From Candidatus Nomurabacteria bacterium (GTDB taxonomy: Bacteria; Patescibacteriota; Minisyncoccia; Phycocordibacterales; UBA9973): 64,000 nucleotides of DNA. The position numbers and the translations under genes are program-made. Positions within the stretch are counted from its first letter, which is position 1; each line of letters starts with the position of its first letter. Where the stretch lies: positions 15,897 through 79,896 of the forward strand of contig JAPLXP010000011.1 in assembly GCA_026396015.1 (NCBI GenBank), read 5' to 3'. Below the pieces are notes generated by a model. It was not told the origin of the DNA. It saw only the letters and a program-made list of their open reading frames with translations, and ran no database searches. Of this stretch, positions 46,515 through 56,693 are shown piece by piece.

Positions 46515-47603
46515 TTACTGAACGATTCCACCACCAAGACACACGTTGTTGTCGTATATTACGATAGATTGACCAGGTGACACTAGGATAGAATTGTCGA
46601 ATATTACCTTGATATTACTACCTACTGTTGCCAACACACAATTCAAAAATTCACCGTGATATCTGATCTGTGCTGTGTACCTGCCTGTCCGGTAGGCAGG
46701 TTTTTTGTTTTCAATCACAGAAACATTTTGTATATTTGAATTTATGAGTGTGTATTCTTTATTTGAATCACCACCCCCTGCCCCCTCCTCAGAAAGGCAG
46801 GGGTTATTGGATACTATAATAGTATTTTTATTTATGTCTTTTGATATTACATAATATGGCTCGTCGTTTACGCCCTTCACTGTAATAGTAAATCCATGAC
46901 GTTCACCCAGAGTAAAGAACACTGCACCATCATGGTATCCAATTACTTCTCCATCAACATTTAATACATCACCATTTTGGGGTTCGATGTAATGAGACAG
47001 GAAATCTTTCATATCAAGGGGTCCCAGGAAGCACACACCCTGAGAATCCTTCTTTACTGCAGTTGGAAGCTTGTATTTCAATGCCAGTTTTCGAACTTCA
47101 GTTTTTGGTAGATGGCCAATCGGGAAAAGAGTATGATCTAGGTCGTCGCTGTTTAGGGTCCACAGAAAATATGACTGATCTTTTGATTCATCATTTCCTT
47201 TTACCAATTTATTATTTATATTTTGTGCATAGTGGCCAGTAGCGATAAAGTCTACACCTTGTGATTTAGCAAAATTCCAAAAAACACCAAATTTTACTTC
47301 ACGATTACACATCACGTCTGGATTTGGAGTACGACCCAATTTGTATTCAGAAATCATATAGTCGGCTACACCTTTTTTGTAAGCCTCTTCACCGTCGCAT
47401 TCTAAGAATGGTATATCAAGATGTGCACATACGCGCATCGCGTCGCGGCGCTCATCGCGCCATGTACATTCAATAAAATCAGGCTGCCAGGTACGAATAA
47501 AAACCCCGACTACTTTGTAGCCTTGATCCTTTAGTAATGCAGCAGATACAGAAGAATCAACTCCACCACTCACACCGACAAATACTGTTTTTTGATTTTC
47601 CAT
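46515..47603 (-). CDS. mnmA: tRNA 2-thiouridylase MnmA
   Basis: SGGVDSSV, TPNPDVMCN, ATGHYA, KDQSYFL, DSQGVCF, PGQS. Confidence 0.97.
   Translation of the reverse strand: MENQKTVFVGVSGGVDSSVSAALLKDQGYKVVGVFIRTWQPDFIECTWRDERRDAMRVCAHLDIPFLECDGEEAYKKGVADYMISEYKLGRTPNPDVMCNREVKFGVFWNFAKSQGVDFIATGHYAQNINNKLVKGNDESKDQSYFLWTLNSDDLDHTLFPIGHLPKTEVRKLALKYKLPTAVKKDSQGVCFLGPLDMKDFLSHYIEPQNGDVLNVDGEVIGYHDGAVFFTLGERHGFTITVKGVNDEPYYVISKDINKNTIIVSNNPCLSEEGAGGGDSNKEYTLINSNIQNVSVIENKKPAYRTGRYTAQIRYHGEFLNCVLATVGSNIKVIFDNSILVSPGQSIVIYDNNVCLGGGIVQ
46679..46701. repeat. Short palindromic element in-frame in mnmA
   Basis: ACCTGCCT-GTCCGGT-AGGCAGGT, encoding KPAYRTGRY. Confidence 0.7.
46765..46803. repeat. GC-rich element in-frame in mnmA, near-copy of the unit at 35419-35457
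   Basis: GAATCACCACCCCCTGCCCCCTCCTCAGAAAGGCAGGGG; 33/39 identical by manual alignment. Confidence 0.85.
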
Positions 47604-47609
47604 ATATTT

Positions 47610-48473
47610 TTATGAAGATGTTTCCCATCTTGCAAAGATACCACAAGGTAACAATTTATCACTACCTGATTCTGCGATAGCAAGTTCCCCACTCTCTATT
47701 TCACCACCATAATTAGCCATCATGTCTTTTAGAATATTTGCATATGCAATAGCAGAGTAACCAGCGGTATATCCATTGAGTATTATAGCAATTGGCTTGT
47801 CGGATAATACTTGCTGACATAGATCTATAAGCTCAGCAAAATGTTCTTCAATCTTCCAGAGCTCATCTTTTGGACCATGACCAAAAGCCGGAGGATCCAT
47901 GATTATACAATCATATCTATTACCTCGTTTGATCTCACGACGTAGGAATGCAATACAGTCATCTACTATCCATCGTACCGGTGCGTCTGTCAGACCTGAG
48001 ACTTCAGCATTCTCACGTGCCCATGACACAGCAGACTTTGATGCGTCCACATGGACAACCTCTGCACCTGCACGTGCGGAAGCTAAGGTAGCACCACCTG
48101 TATAAGCAAAAAGATTCAATACTTTTGCAGATCTACCAGTGAGTACTTTGTCTAGCCATTCCCATTGAGCTTTTTGTTCAGGGAAAATACCGATATGCTT
48201 GAAGGATGTTGGTTTGATTATAAAAGTAAAATCCCCGTATTCTATATTCCAAGATTTAGGCACAGTCTTGCCACGGCCTATCTGCCACTCTCCACTATTG
48301 CCACGACGAGTGTAGTATAGGTGTGCATCGTCCCATGCGTATTCATTTGTCTTGTTCCAGATTGCCTCGGGATCAGGACGAGATATAACGATATCACCAA
48401 AACGCTCGAGTTTTTCACCTCCGCCACTATCTACTAGTTCATAGTCTTTTTGTTTTTCGTTTATTATTATCAT
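47610..48473 (-). CDS. Class I SAM-dependent methyltransferase (RlmI/RlmK-related)
   Basis: HIGIFPEQ, LNLFAYTGG, MDPPAFG. Confidence 0.88.
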   Translation of the reverse strand: MIIINEKQKDYELVDSGGGEKLERFGDIVISRPDPEAIWNKTNEYAWDDAHLYYTRRGNSGEWQIGRGKTVPKSWNIEYGDFTFIIKPTSFKHIGIFPEQKAQWEWLDKVLTGRSAKVLNLFAYTGGATLASARAGAEVVHVDASKSAVSWARENAEVSGLTDAPVRWIVDDCIAFLRREIKRGNRYDCIIMDPPAFGHGPKDELWKIEEHFAELIDLCQQVLSDKPIAIILNGYTAGYSAIAYANILKDMMANYGGEIESGELAIAESGSDKLLPCGIFARWETSS

Positions 48474-49378
48474 TTTAAATATTTTTTAATATTATTTTTA
48501 TGTTCAGCAAAGGTCGCAGCATAATGGACTATTCCATCTTTTCCATGAAGATAGAACAAATAGCTACTATCGACAGGATAGAGTGCTGCTCTTATAGAAC
48601 TCATACCTGGATTTGATATTGGATTGCTTGGCAATCCCTTTATCTTATATGTATCTTTGGCTGCGTCTACTTGCAATAACATACCATTCTTTAGTCTTTT
48701 CCACAAAATCCCAGATATAGTACCGTTATCTATATCTCCTTTTGCTTCGTCTTCTAAAATCGAGGCCATTATTATGATTTCCTTTCTGGTATGATTGGAC
48801 TTTGCAAAATCCGAGGACAAGCTGTCAATTTTCTTGGAATAATTACTCTGCAATGCATCAAATACTTCATCCATTGTCGTTTTTGGATAAAAGAAATATG
48901 TATCTGGGAATAGATACCCTTGTTTACCATTCACTCTAACTAAAAAATCAAGAGTATTGAAATCGGGTAGTCTCTTTTCCAATATTCCAGCCATTTGCTC
49001 GTTTGTAATTCCCTCAGGGAATGTGACCTTAATCGGAACAATATGATGATCACCATGAGCGAGCATAAATGCTACCTTCCAGACGGGCTCACCATTGAAA
49101 TAATAGTCTCCGACTGGCATACCTCTACTTGTCTGGAATACCTTCATGAAAATTTTAAAAACTTTTTCCGACCTAATTACATTTTTATCTTTTAAATCTG
49201 TTGAAATCTTGGTTGTACTATATCCTCGCCCAACGTGTATTATAGTTGGAGCTTTATCATATGGAGTACTAATCAATACAAATGTAGCCAACATAACAAG
49301 AAAAACAATTACGAGAATAATTGAATTTCGTAATTGTTTTTCTGCTAATATTCTTTTTATTGATGACATTAAATTCAT
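48470..49378 (-). CDS. mltG: Endolytic transglycosylase MltG
   Basis: N-terminal TM, VTFPEG, GYLFPDTY, ASILEDE, LQVDA, PISNPG. Confidence 0.92.
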   Translation of the reverse strand: MNLMSSIKRILAEKQLRNSIILVIVFLVMLATFVLISTPYDKAPTIIHVGRGYSTTKISTDLKDKNVIRSEKVFKIFMKVFQTSRGMPVGDYYFNGEPVWKVAFMLAHGDHHIVPIKVTFPEGITNEQMAGILEKRLPDFNTLDFLVRVNGKQGYLFPDTYFFYPKTTMDEVFDALQSNYSKKIDSLSSDFAKSNHTRKEIIIMASILEDEAKGDIDNGTISGILWKRLKNGMLLQVDAAKDTYKIKGLPSNPISNPGMSSIRAALYPVDSSYLFYLHGKDGIVHYAATFAEHKNNIKKYLK

Positions 49379-49380
49379 AA

Positions 49381-50691
49381 TTAAAGAGGAAGATTTGAAG
49401 GTGGCTTTGCAATCTTTGACTCAATACGTTTGAATGAAGGAGTCTCTGATACCATACCCGGGAAGTGAAATATCGTGGCGAGCTCTTGGGTAGACATTAC
49501 GAATATATTAGGTCTATACGCGGGAAAGAAAATATTGAGTACAGAGGGATAGTCAAAGGCATACTGTATCGGAGGATGGAACATAATACGTAGACGGTAG
49601 TAATCGAGCATTCTCTTCTTCATCTTTGTCATAGCAAGTCCTGTAGGATCAGACCATGGAGCATCAAACTGTGTAGCATTTACACGCCACATTTCATTGA
49701 TACCTGGCTGTGCGAACTGACGAAAGATCAGGCGTACATCACGACGAAGATTATTGAATTCATCCTCTGAAATAAGATCTTTTTTAGAAAGACACACCAT
49801 GCGTATACCTACATCAAAGTGAATCAATTGCATATTGTCGGTCACAGCAGTGACTGCAGGTTTTAGGAAATCCGGCATACCCACCATTTGACGAAGATCC
49901 ATCGGACCATCTCCATCCTTATCATTTTTAACAGTACGAATATATGGAGCGAGCATTCCCTCTATGAATTCAATCGATGCATCATAAAAATTGATGTGTC
50001 CGCCTGTTTTATGACTATGATACATCTTTATGTTCTGACGGATAATTATCTGCATCCATAGCTGCTGGCCTTTTTTCATAGAACCCATAAATTCAATGGT
50101 AGGAGTGATTGGGTCAATCTTGAATTCTTCTTTTACTCCAGTCTTCATCTCGTCACCAAAGTTCTTGTATGTCTTAATTGGCAAAAAATCCTCACGTTTT
50201 TTAGTAAATTCACAGCCCCACATATACCATTCACCATCTTTCTTGAATTGAGGAATATGGAATACATAATCATCCACCTCTATGACCTTGGCCTGAGGAT
50301 ACTGACCATAGATCTGAGTCTCTACAAGATTACGAATACGAGAAGGTGTACGCACAAAGAAGTGTACCTGACCATCTAATGATACGATCTCAAGAGAGAA
50401 CCACATCCATGGTGCACCCACGATAAATTGCTCCCAGAATCCTTTCATACTCTGGTGGTACATGGCATTGGTAAATATCAATTCCATAGCAGCTGGTGTC
50501 TTGTCTACATCACGAGGAACTTGAATCTCGAGCAGTATCCATTTGATTCCTGAAATAAAGTTCTCTTGTCTGTAGTGATGCCATAGATGAAAAGCAGCCC
50601 ATGCCAATGGTAATGGCATAAGATATCCAATACCCACGAGGAGGAATTGAACTACACTAAAACTATGAGTTGCGAAAAAGTTTGCTAGCAT
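49381..50691 (-). CDS. Conserved CPR-type membrane-anchored hypothetical protein
   Basis: LLEIQVPR..AME, FSLEIVS, IYGQYP, LPIKTY, ELATIFHFP, PPSNLP. Confidence 0.7.
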   Translation of the reverse strand: MLANFFATHSFSVVQFLLVGIGYLMPLPLAWAAFHLWHHYRQENFISGIKWILLEIQVPRDVDKTPAAMELIFTNAMYHQSMKGFWEQFIVGAPWMWFSLEIVSLDGQVHFFVRTPSRIRNLVETQIYGQYPQAKVIEVDDYVFHIPQFKKDGEWYMWGCEFTKKREDFLPIKTYKNFGDEMKTGVKEEFKIDPITPTIEFMGSMKKGQQLWMQIIIRQNIKMYHSHKTGGHINFYDASIEFIEGMLAPYIRTVKNDKDGDGPMDLRQMVGMPDFLKPAVTAVTDNMQLIHFDVGIRMVCLSKKDLISEDEFNNLRRDVRLIFRQFAQPGINEMWRVNATQFDAPWSDPTGLAMTKMKKRMLDYYRLRIMFHPPIQYAFDYPSVLNIFFPAYRPNIFVMSTQELATIFHFPGMVSETPSFKRIESKIAKPPSNLPL

Positions 50692-50697
50692 AATATT

Positions 50698-50826
50698 TTA
50701 TGAAGTTGATTCTAGGAAAGAGGAATTTGTATCTACCTTTGGTGTAGTGTAATAACCGATTAGAGCCAATGCGATCACAATTCCTATTATTATCATAATA
50801 ATTGTAGTAAAACCTTTTTGATACAT
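50698..50826 (-). CDS. Tiny pilin-like peptide, 42 aa (not in ORF track)
   Basis: My translation MYQKGFTTIIMIIIGIVIALALIGYYTTPKVDTNSSFLESTS; class III signal-like QKGF plus hydrophobic helix. Confidence 0.5.
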   Translation of the reverse strand: MYQKGFTTIIMIIIGIVIALALIGYYTTPKVDTNSSFLESTS

Positions 50827-50851
50827 AAAATTATTATATCATATTTTAAAA

Positions 50852-50884
50852 ACAAAACACTCCGATTGCTCGGAGTGTTTTGTT
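50852..50884 (-). terminator. Intrinsic terminator
   Basis: ACAAAACACTCCGA-TTGC-TCGGAGTGTTTTGT. Confidence 0.8.
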
Positions 50885-51915
50885 TAGATTGCTGTATATA
50901 AACCTGATTTGTTTTTCTTGAAATATTTTGAATTTTGCAAGTTAACCAAGATTGTATTCTTCTTTAGATATCTTTCCTTCATAACCTGGTCAACGATATC
51001 TTCTTTTGTCATTGGACCATTTTTCTTAATCAATTCACGGATTACATCACGGACTACTCCAGTCTTGTAACCCCATTCCTTTAGAGCGTATATTCCACGT
51101 CCTACTAGTACGAAGCGGTCATCCTTGATCAATTCATTGTGACAAGTAGCAGTGTGGCATTTCTTGTTGAATGTATCTGCGATTGATTTTGCTACTTCAC
51201 GGAAGTGCATAGGTGAACCATGCTTTCTCATCATAAGGAATGCGTAATCTTTTATTCCACGAGTTTTGATACCAGAAGAATTTGATTTACCCCATTCACC
51301 AAGAGGATTCTTGTTGATGTGCTTTGACATAGTGATCCATCGGCGAGCAATCTCTTCATTCTTGTACTGCTCTGATACGTCTTTTAGACCATCTAGGAAG
51401 CGAGCGATGAGTTCTGATTCTGTAACAAGATCCTTGTCTGAAAGATTTGAATAGATATCTTTTAGAGCTTGGTGAACCTTTACTGCTACAGCATCATCTA
51501 CACTCCAACGAGATTTGAAATGTTCATCTTCTTTGTGTTTTGTAAAAGCATCTCCGAGTGTGAGGTATAGGTGGATGTGGTTCTGAGTTAGCTTGTCTTT
51601 TGATACATGAGATAGAAGTTCGTCTTCAGAAACGATCGCACCTAGGGTGTGCATGAGTGTCTTTAATTCTTCGAAAATGGCAGTTTCGTTTTTAAAAGTA
51701 TCTCCTTTGCGGATTGATGAAAGAGCAGAATTCTCGATCTGTCGAACGCGCTCACGAGTGATTCCGTATTTTTTACCGATAGCCTCGAGAGTCTTTCTCT
51801 CTGCTTCATCAGTGAGTCCAAAACGGTTTACGACAACTTCGTATGCTCGATCTGGAAGATTTGAAAGCATTCTCTTTGTGACCTGTTTTGGTTTAAATGT
51901 TATAGTTTGTGCCAT
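50884..51915 (-). CDS. Sigma70 region-4 HTH plus HARE-HTH (RNAP delta-like) domain protein
   Basis: RFGL..TLEAIGKKYGITRERVRQIE; PMHFREV..HNELIKDDRFVLVGRGIYALKEW. Confidence 0.8.
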   Translation of the reverse strand: MAQTITFKPKQVTKRMLSNLPDRAYEVVVNRFGLTDEAERKTLEAIGKKYGITRERVRQIENSALSSIRKGDTFKNETAIFEELKTLMHTLGAIVSEDELLSHVSKDKLTQNHIHLYLTLGDAFTKHKEDEHFKSRWSVDDAVAVKVHQALKDIYSNLSDKDLVTESELIARFLDGLKDVSEQYKNEEIARRWITMSKHINKNPLGEWGKSNSSGIKTRGIKDYAFLMMRKHGSPMHFREVAKSIADTFNKKCHTATCHNELIKDDRFVLVGRGIYALKEWGYKTGVVRDVIRELIKKNGPMTKEDIVDQVMKERYLKKNTILVNLQNSKYFKKNKSGLYTAI

Positions 51916-52009
51916 ATTTAAAAAAATTATTTGTAAGCTATATTTTTACAATATCATTATTATCGAATAAAGTCAACACTCACACAAAATCCTTATTTCT
52001 AAACACTTT

Positions 52010-53818
52010 TTACTTCTTTGCAGCTGCTGTTTTAGCTCTCATTCTGTCTTGCTCTGTCAAAAACTTCTTGCGCAAACGTACGTTTTTAGGTGTAATTTCA
52101 AGGTATTCGTCGTCTGACATAGTCTCCAATCCTCTCTCAATAGAAAGCTTGTAAGGAGGCTTTACATTCACAGCTTCATCCGTACCAGAAGCACGCATGT
52201 TTGAAAGTTGCTTACCTTTTGTTGGGTTCACTGCCATCTCATCACCCTTTGTGACGTTACCGACAACCATACCTTCGTAAACTTCATCTCCGTGTTCTAC
52301 ATATAGTATTCCACGCTCTTGCAGAGTCCATAGTGAGAATGCTACTACCTTTCCTGTCACCATAGATGCCATTGATCCTACGTCACGCTTCTTGATCTCT
52401 CCTGCGTAATCCTTGAATCCAATGAATCGTGAAGCGAGGATTCCCTCTCCTTTTGTATCCACTACGAACTGTCCACGGTATCCTAGAATTCCACGAGTAG
52501 GTATTTCAATCAACATGCGAGTAATACCTTCCTTTTCATGCATGTGTGTGATCAATCCACGGCGAGCTGTAAGCTTTTCGATAACTGATCCAGAGAATTC
52601 ATTGCGGACATCGATAGTCACTTCTTCATAAGGTTCTACCTTCATACCATTTTCCTCTTTGATGATTACGTGTGGTTGTGAGACCTGTAGCTCGAATCCT
52701 TCACGGCGCATGTTTTCTAGGAGCACAGCAATGTGCAATTCACCACGTCCGTATACAGTAAATCCTTCACGATCGAGTTCCGCTGATCGCTCCCAGTCTA
52801 CCTTTAGACCAACGTTGATTTCCAATTCTTTTTCTAGGCGCTCACGAATTTGACGACTTGTGACGAACTTACCTTCACGTCCAGCAAACGGTGAATCGTT
52901 CACAAGAAAGTTCAGAGAGATTGTAGGCTCATCAATCTGGATAGATGGTAGGGCCTCTGTGCCAGCTTCAAAAGTGATAGTCTCACCGATGAATACATCA
53001 GGAATACCTGCAATAATAGCAATATCTCCAGTTGAGAATTCAGCAGCTTCTTTACGAACAATACCTTCGAAAGTGAACATCTTTGTGATTTTTGTAGTAC
53101 GAACATGACCATCATCTTTTTTAACATAGATATTTGACCCAGTCTTGATAGATCCACCGTATGCACGAACAATAGCTAGACGTCCAAGAAAGTTGTCATA
53201 ACCAAGGTTGAAAACCTGAGCCTGGAATGGCTTGTCAGCGTCTTTTGAAGCTTCTGGAACTGTCTCTAATATCAAATCCAATAGTGGAGTAAGGTCCTTT
53301 GAGTCGTCAGTAAGATTCTTCTTGGCTATTCCTTGGCGGCCTATAGCGTAGATAGTCTTGAAATCAATCTGCTCATCTGTAGCACCCAATTCTAGGAATA
53401 GTTCAAGAACCTCCTCATGTACGCGGTCTGGATTGGCAGCTGGCTTGTCGATCTTGTTGATCACTACGATAGGTTTTAGGCCGAGTTCTAGAGACTTTTT
53501 CAATACGAAACGAGTCTGAGGCATAGGACCTTCCTGTGCATCTACGAGCAGGAGAACAGAGTCGATAGCACGAAGAACACGCTCTACTTCAGATCCGAAG
53601 TCCGCGTGGCCTGGTGTGTCCACAATGTTGATTTTTGTACCTTTGTAATTTACAGAGGTATTTTTAGAGTAAATAGTGATTCCACGCTCTTGTTCTAGAG
53701 CATTTGAGTCCATAGATGTACCCTCGTTATTCATACCGCATTGCTTCATCAGCTCATCAGTAAGGGTTGTTTTTCCATGGTCCACATGGGCTATAATCGC
53801 TATATTTCTTATCTCCAT
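52010..53818 (-). CDS. typA: Translational GTPase TypA/BipA
   Basis: [38 protein letters not shown]. Confidence 0.97.
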   Translation of the reverse strand: MEIRNIAIIAHVDHGKTTLTDELMKQCGMNNEGTSMDSNALEQERGITIYSKNTSVNYKGTKINIVDTPGHADFGSEVERVLRAIDSVLLLVDAQEGPMPQTRFVLKKSLELGLKPIVVINKIDKPAANPDRVHEEVLELFLELGATDEQIDFKTIYAIGRQGIAKKNLTDDSKDLTPLLDLILETVPEASKDADKPFQAQVFNLGYDNFLGRLAIVRAYGGSIKTGSNIYVKKDDGHVRTTKITKMFTFEGIVRKEAAEFSTGDIAIIAGIPDVFIGETITFEAGTEALPSIQIDEPTISLNFLVNDSPFAGREGKFVTSRQIRERLEKELEINVGLKVDWERSAELDREGFTVYGRGELHIAVLLENMRREGFELQVSQPHVIIKEENGMKVEPYEEVTIDVRNEFSGSVIEKLTARRGLITHMHEKEGITRMLIEIPTRGILGYRGQFVVDTKGEGILASRFIGFKDYAGEIKKRDVGSMASMVTGKVVAFSLWTLQERGILYVEHGDEVYEGMVVGNVTKGDEMAVNPTKGKQLSNMRASGTDEAVNVKPPYKLSIERGLETMSDDEYLEITPKNVRLRKKFLTEQDRMRAKTAAAKK

Positions 53819-53961
53819 ATTTTTGTTTCGTATTAATTAAAAATAAAATCGCCTCATGGCGAACTAATACTCGTACTATATCATAAATTTTTAATCTTGG
53901 CAAAGAAAAAACAACATACTTTCAGATAAAAAATATGTTGTTTTATGTTAATTACTTTAAG

Positions 53962-54393
53962 CTATCTAGAAGCTAAGAAATATAGATTTAGTTGCCCCTT
54001 GCGCATACGTAGAAATGCTATCTCATTTGATAAATCTTCTATTCTTTTGTATTTCGATCGAAGAGTGATCTTAACATCCCTTCTGTGCTCCATTATTTTC
54101 ATTCCCAAAAAAAGTACTGAATCTTCTAAGTCAACTAATTTTTCAATAGATTTTAAAAAGAAATTCGATTTAGCCTCTAGGGAAATTAATTCAAATTCTA
54201 AATTAACTAGATCATTTTGAGATATGACTAATTGACAGCTATCTCTTCTTAACTGATACTTAACATAATCTAATGCTTTAAGTGAATCGGTATAAGCTTG
54301 TGAATTTTTTTGTGCATTTGCTTTTAGCCCAGCAAAGATATTTATTATTAACACTCCCATTAATAACAATAAGACTTTTTTTATTATTTTCAT
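53962..54393 (-). CDS. Hypothetical secreted coiled-coil protein (AT-rich ORFan)
   Basis: Signal-peptide-like N-terminus ending ANAQ. Confidence 0.55.
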   Translation of the reverse strand: MKIIKKVLLLLMGVLIINIFAGLKANAQKNSQAYTDSLKALDYVKYQLRRDSCQLVISQNDLVNLEFELISLEAKSNFFLKSIEKLVDLEDSVLFLGMKIMEHRRDVKITLRSKYKRIEDLSNEIAFLRMRKGQLNLYFLASR

Positions 54394-54495
54394 ATTTTTA
54401 CATTTTTCTTTAGATTACAACCAATCAATCTTTTTGTCAAACTCAAAAAATACCCTACAGGTTAGACCTGTGGGTATTTTTTTATTTCTATGATT

Positions 54496-55593
54496 TTAGT
54501 GCTTTATTAATTTTACAATATCGTGATAAGTGATGATGAGCATCATGAGCATGAGTAGTCCGAATCCGATAGTATTTACCCAGTTTGCGACTTTTGGATT
54601 GATACGACTTCCCTTTATTTTTTCGATAAGTAGGAATAATAGTCTACCTCCATCGAGTGCTGGGAATGGTATCAGGTTGATCACTGCGAGGTTTATAGAG
54701 ATTAGTGCTGTGAATGATAGTAGATATATGAATCCAAATTTTGCAGCATCTCCTACGACTCCAACAATACCTACAGGACCAGTCAGATTACTCATATCTG
54801 CCTTTCCAAATAGTCCATCATGTACGAGCTTAAAGAATCCTAATGCAGTAGTGACGAACAAATCTTTGGATAGCTTCAACCCCTCCCATACAGCCATACC
54901 AGGATTCAGCTTTAGCATTCCGATTGTATCCATTGCTATGCCGACGATTGGCACATTGTCTGAATTTTTCTCTGGAGTGATGGATACTTGTTTTTCTTCT
55001 GGGCCACGCTTGTATGTGACATCTATAGATTCAGCTCCGTGCTTTTTGATAAAATATTGAACACTCTGAGTTGAAGGAGTGTCAGTAGAGTCTGTCTTTG
55101 TCTTCAGTGATACCAATTTATCTCCAACCTTTAATCCTGCTTTTTCTGCAGCTGATGCAGGTGATACAGATATGACGGTCACTGCCTGATTGGTCAATCT
55201 TTGTCCAGCTGGGATAGAGTCCATAGATGTAGGCATACCAGTCATGAATCCAGCAGATATGAGTATCCATGCTACTAGGAAGTTCATAGTCACTCCTGCG
55301 AACAGTACTGCAGCCTGGATGTATCGTGGTTTGTTTACAAAGCTACGATCTTTGTCAGGTCCATTTATAGATTCATCATCTGGATTCTCTCCAAAGATTT
55401 TCACATAGCCACCGATAGGTAGCATGTTTATACGATAAATCGTCTCCCCTTTTTTGAAACCAAATAATTTTGGACCCATACCAAAAGCAAATTCATCTAC
55501 ACGAATTCCACTCTTCTTGGCAACAATAAAATGCCCCCATTCATGAGACACTACTAAAACTAAAAGTATTACAATAAAAATCAAAATATTCAT
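54496..55593 (-). CDS. rseP: RIP metalloprotease RseP
   Basis: HEWGH, PIGGYV, PDZ domain, NLIPFPALDGG. Confidence 0.95.
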   Translation of the reverse strand: MNILIFIVILLVLVVSHEWGHFIVAKKSGIRVDEFAFGMGPKLFGFKKGETIYRINMLPIGGYVKIFGENPDDESINGPDKDRSFVNKPRYIQAAVLFAGVTMNFLVAWILISAGFMTGMPTSMDSIPAGQRLTNQAVTVISVSPASAAEKAGLKVGDKLVSLKTKTDSTDTPSTQSVQYFIKKHGAESIDVTYKRGPEEKQVSITPEKNSDNVPIVGIAMDTIGMLKLNPGMAVWEGLKLSKDLFVTTALGFFKLVHDGLFGKADMSNLTGPVGIVGVVGDAAKFGFIYLLSFTALISINLAVINLIPFPALDGGRLLFLLIEKIKGSRINPKVANWVNTIGFGLLMLMMLIITYHDIVKLIKH

Positions 55594-55609
55594 ATTTGTA
55601 TTATATCAT

Positions 55610-55648
55610 AAAATAAGTAGCCGCGACCTAGATCGCGGCTACTTATTT
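55610..55648 (-). terminator. Intrinsic terminator
   Basis: AAAATAAGTAGCCGCGA/TCGCGGCTACTTATTTT. Confidence 0.8.
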
Positions 55649-55695
55649 TCAAATAATTTACAAGTATAATTTCCCCAAGCGATTATTAAGGAAGA

Positions 55696-56148
55696 TTATA
55701 AATCGTAATTTCCATCCCAGACAATCTTACACTTATTAAAATTAGACATTACATCTTTACAACGTTCAGAATTCTTTCCAACACCAAAGACTACGCAAGA
55801 CTCATTTTTGGTACCATTTTTACTATAAATATCAAAACCACCATCCATTCCTTCAAATACATAACGACTTCCCTCCATATAGAATTCAGGAATGACAAAA
55901 CGGTTTTCAATTGTATTATTACCACAAGCACGAATTTGCGTTGATTTATCTTTTGAGATTATTGAGAGAATTTTGTTTATTGCAACGTCATCACTACCAA
56001 TAGCACCTCCTGTATTTGGTGATGTATATATTGTAGGATTATATCTTGGATTAATATTTGAGGTTTTATTGTTTTGTATTTTAAAAAGACAAATACTGAT
56101 AAGAATAATAATTATGATAAGTAGTATTGTGTTTACGTTATTTTTCAT
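55696..56148 (-). CDS. Hypothetical membrane-anchored protein with four extracellular Cys
   Basis: N-terminal TM segment; follows frr directly. Confidence 0.6.
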   Translation of the reverse strand: MKNNVNTILLIIIIILISICLFKIQNNKTSNINPRYNPTIYTSPNTGGAIGSDDVAINKILSIISKDKSTQIRACGNNTIENRFVIPEFYMEGSRYVFEGMDGGFDIYSKNGTKNESCVVFGVGKNSERCKDVMSNFNKCKIVWDGNYDL

Positions 56149-56149
56149 A

Positions 56150-56683
56150 TTAATTCATTACTTCTACTTCTTTTTTAGTAAAGATTGCTTCTAAGTTTTT
56201 ATTTGATTCATCTACAGCTTTTTGGATATCCTCTTTACCTTTTTTCTGCTCATCTTCAGTCAGATCATCGAGCATTCCTATCTCATCACCACGAGCTTTA
56301 CGAACAGAGATACGTGCATCCTCTAGCTTTTCTTTTAAAACTTTTACCAATCTTGTGCGTGTCTCTGTAGTGAGCATTGGGAATATTGCACGTACACCAT
56401 CACTATCTGACAATACTGAGAGTCCGATATCTGCAGCTCCGATAGCTTTTTCGATCTCTTTAATTGCAGATTTATCCCAGGGTGCGATGCGCAGTGTCTT
56501 TGGATCTTCTACTGATACTGATGCGATATTTTTGATAGGCATATATGAACCATAGCTCTCTACCATAATACTATCTAATACCATAGGAGTAGCACGGCCT
56601 GTATGCACAGATCCATATTCCTTTGATAACCATTCTTCTATCTTTTTTAATTCTACCTTGAATTGTGTTGTATTGTATGCCAT
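56150..56683 (-). CDS. frr: Ribosome recycling factor
   Basis: TGRATP, YGS..P, PWDK, ARISVR; start at MAYN after TGnTATAAT. Confidence 0.95.
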   Translation of the reverse strand: MAYNTTQFKVELKKIEEWLSKEYGSVHTGRATPMVLDSIMVESYGSYMPIKNIASVSVEDPKTLRIAPWDKSAIKEIEKAIGAADIGLSVLSDSDGVRAIFPMLTTETRTRLVKVLKEKLEDARISVRKARGDEIGMLDDLTEDEQKKGKEDIQKAVDESNKNLEAIFTKKEVEVMN

Positions 56684-56693
56684 ATATTTTATA

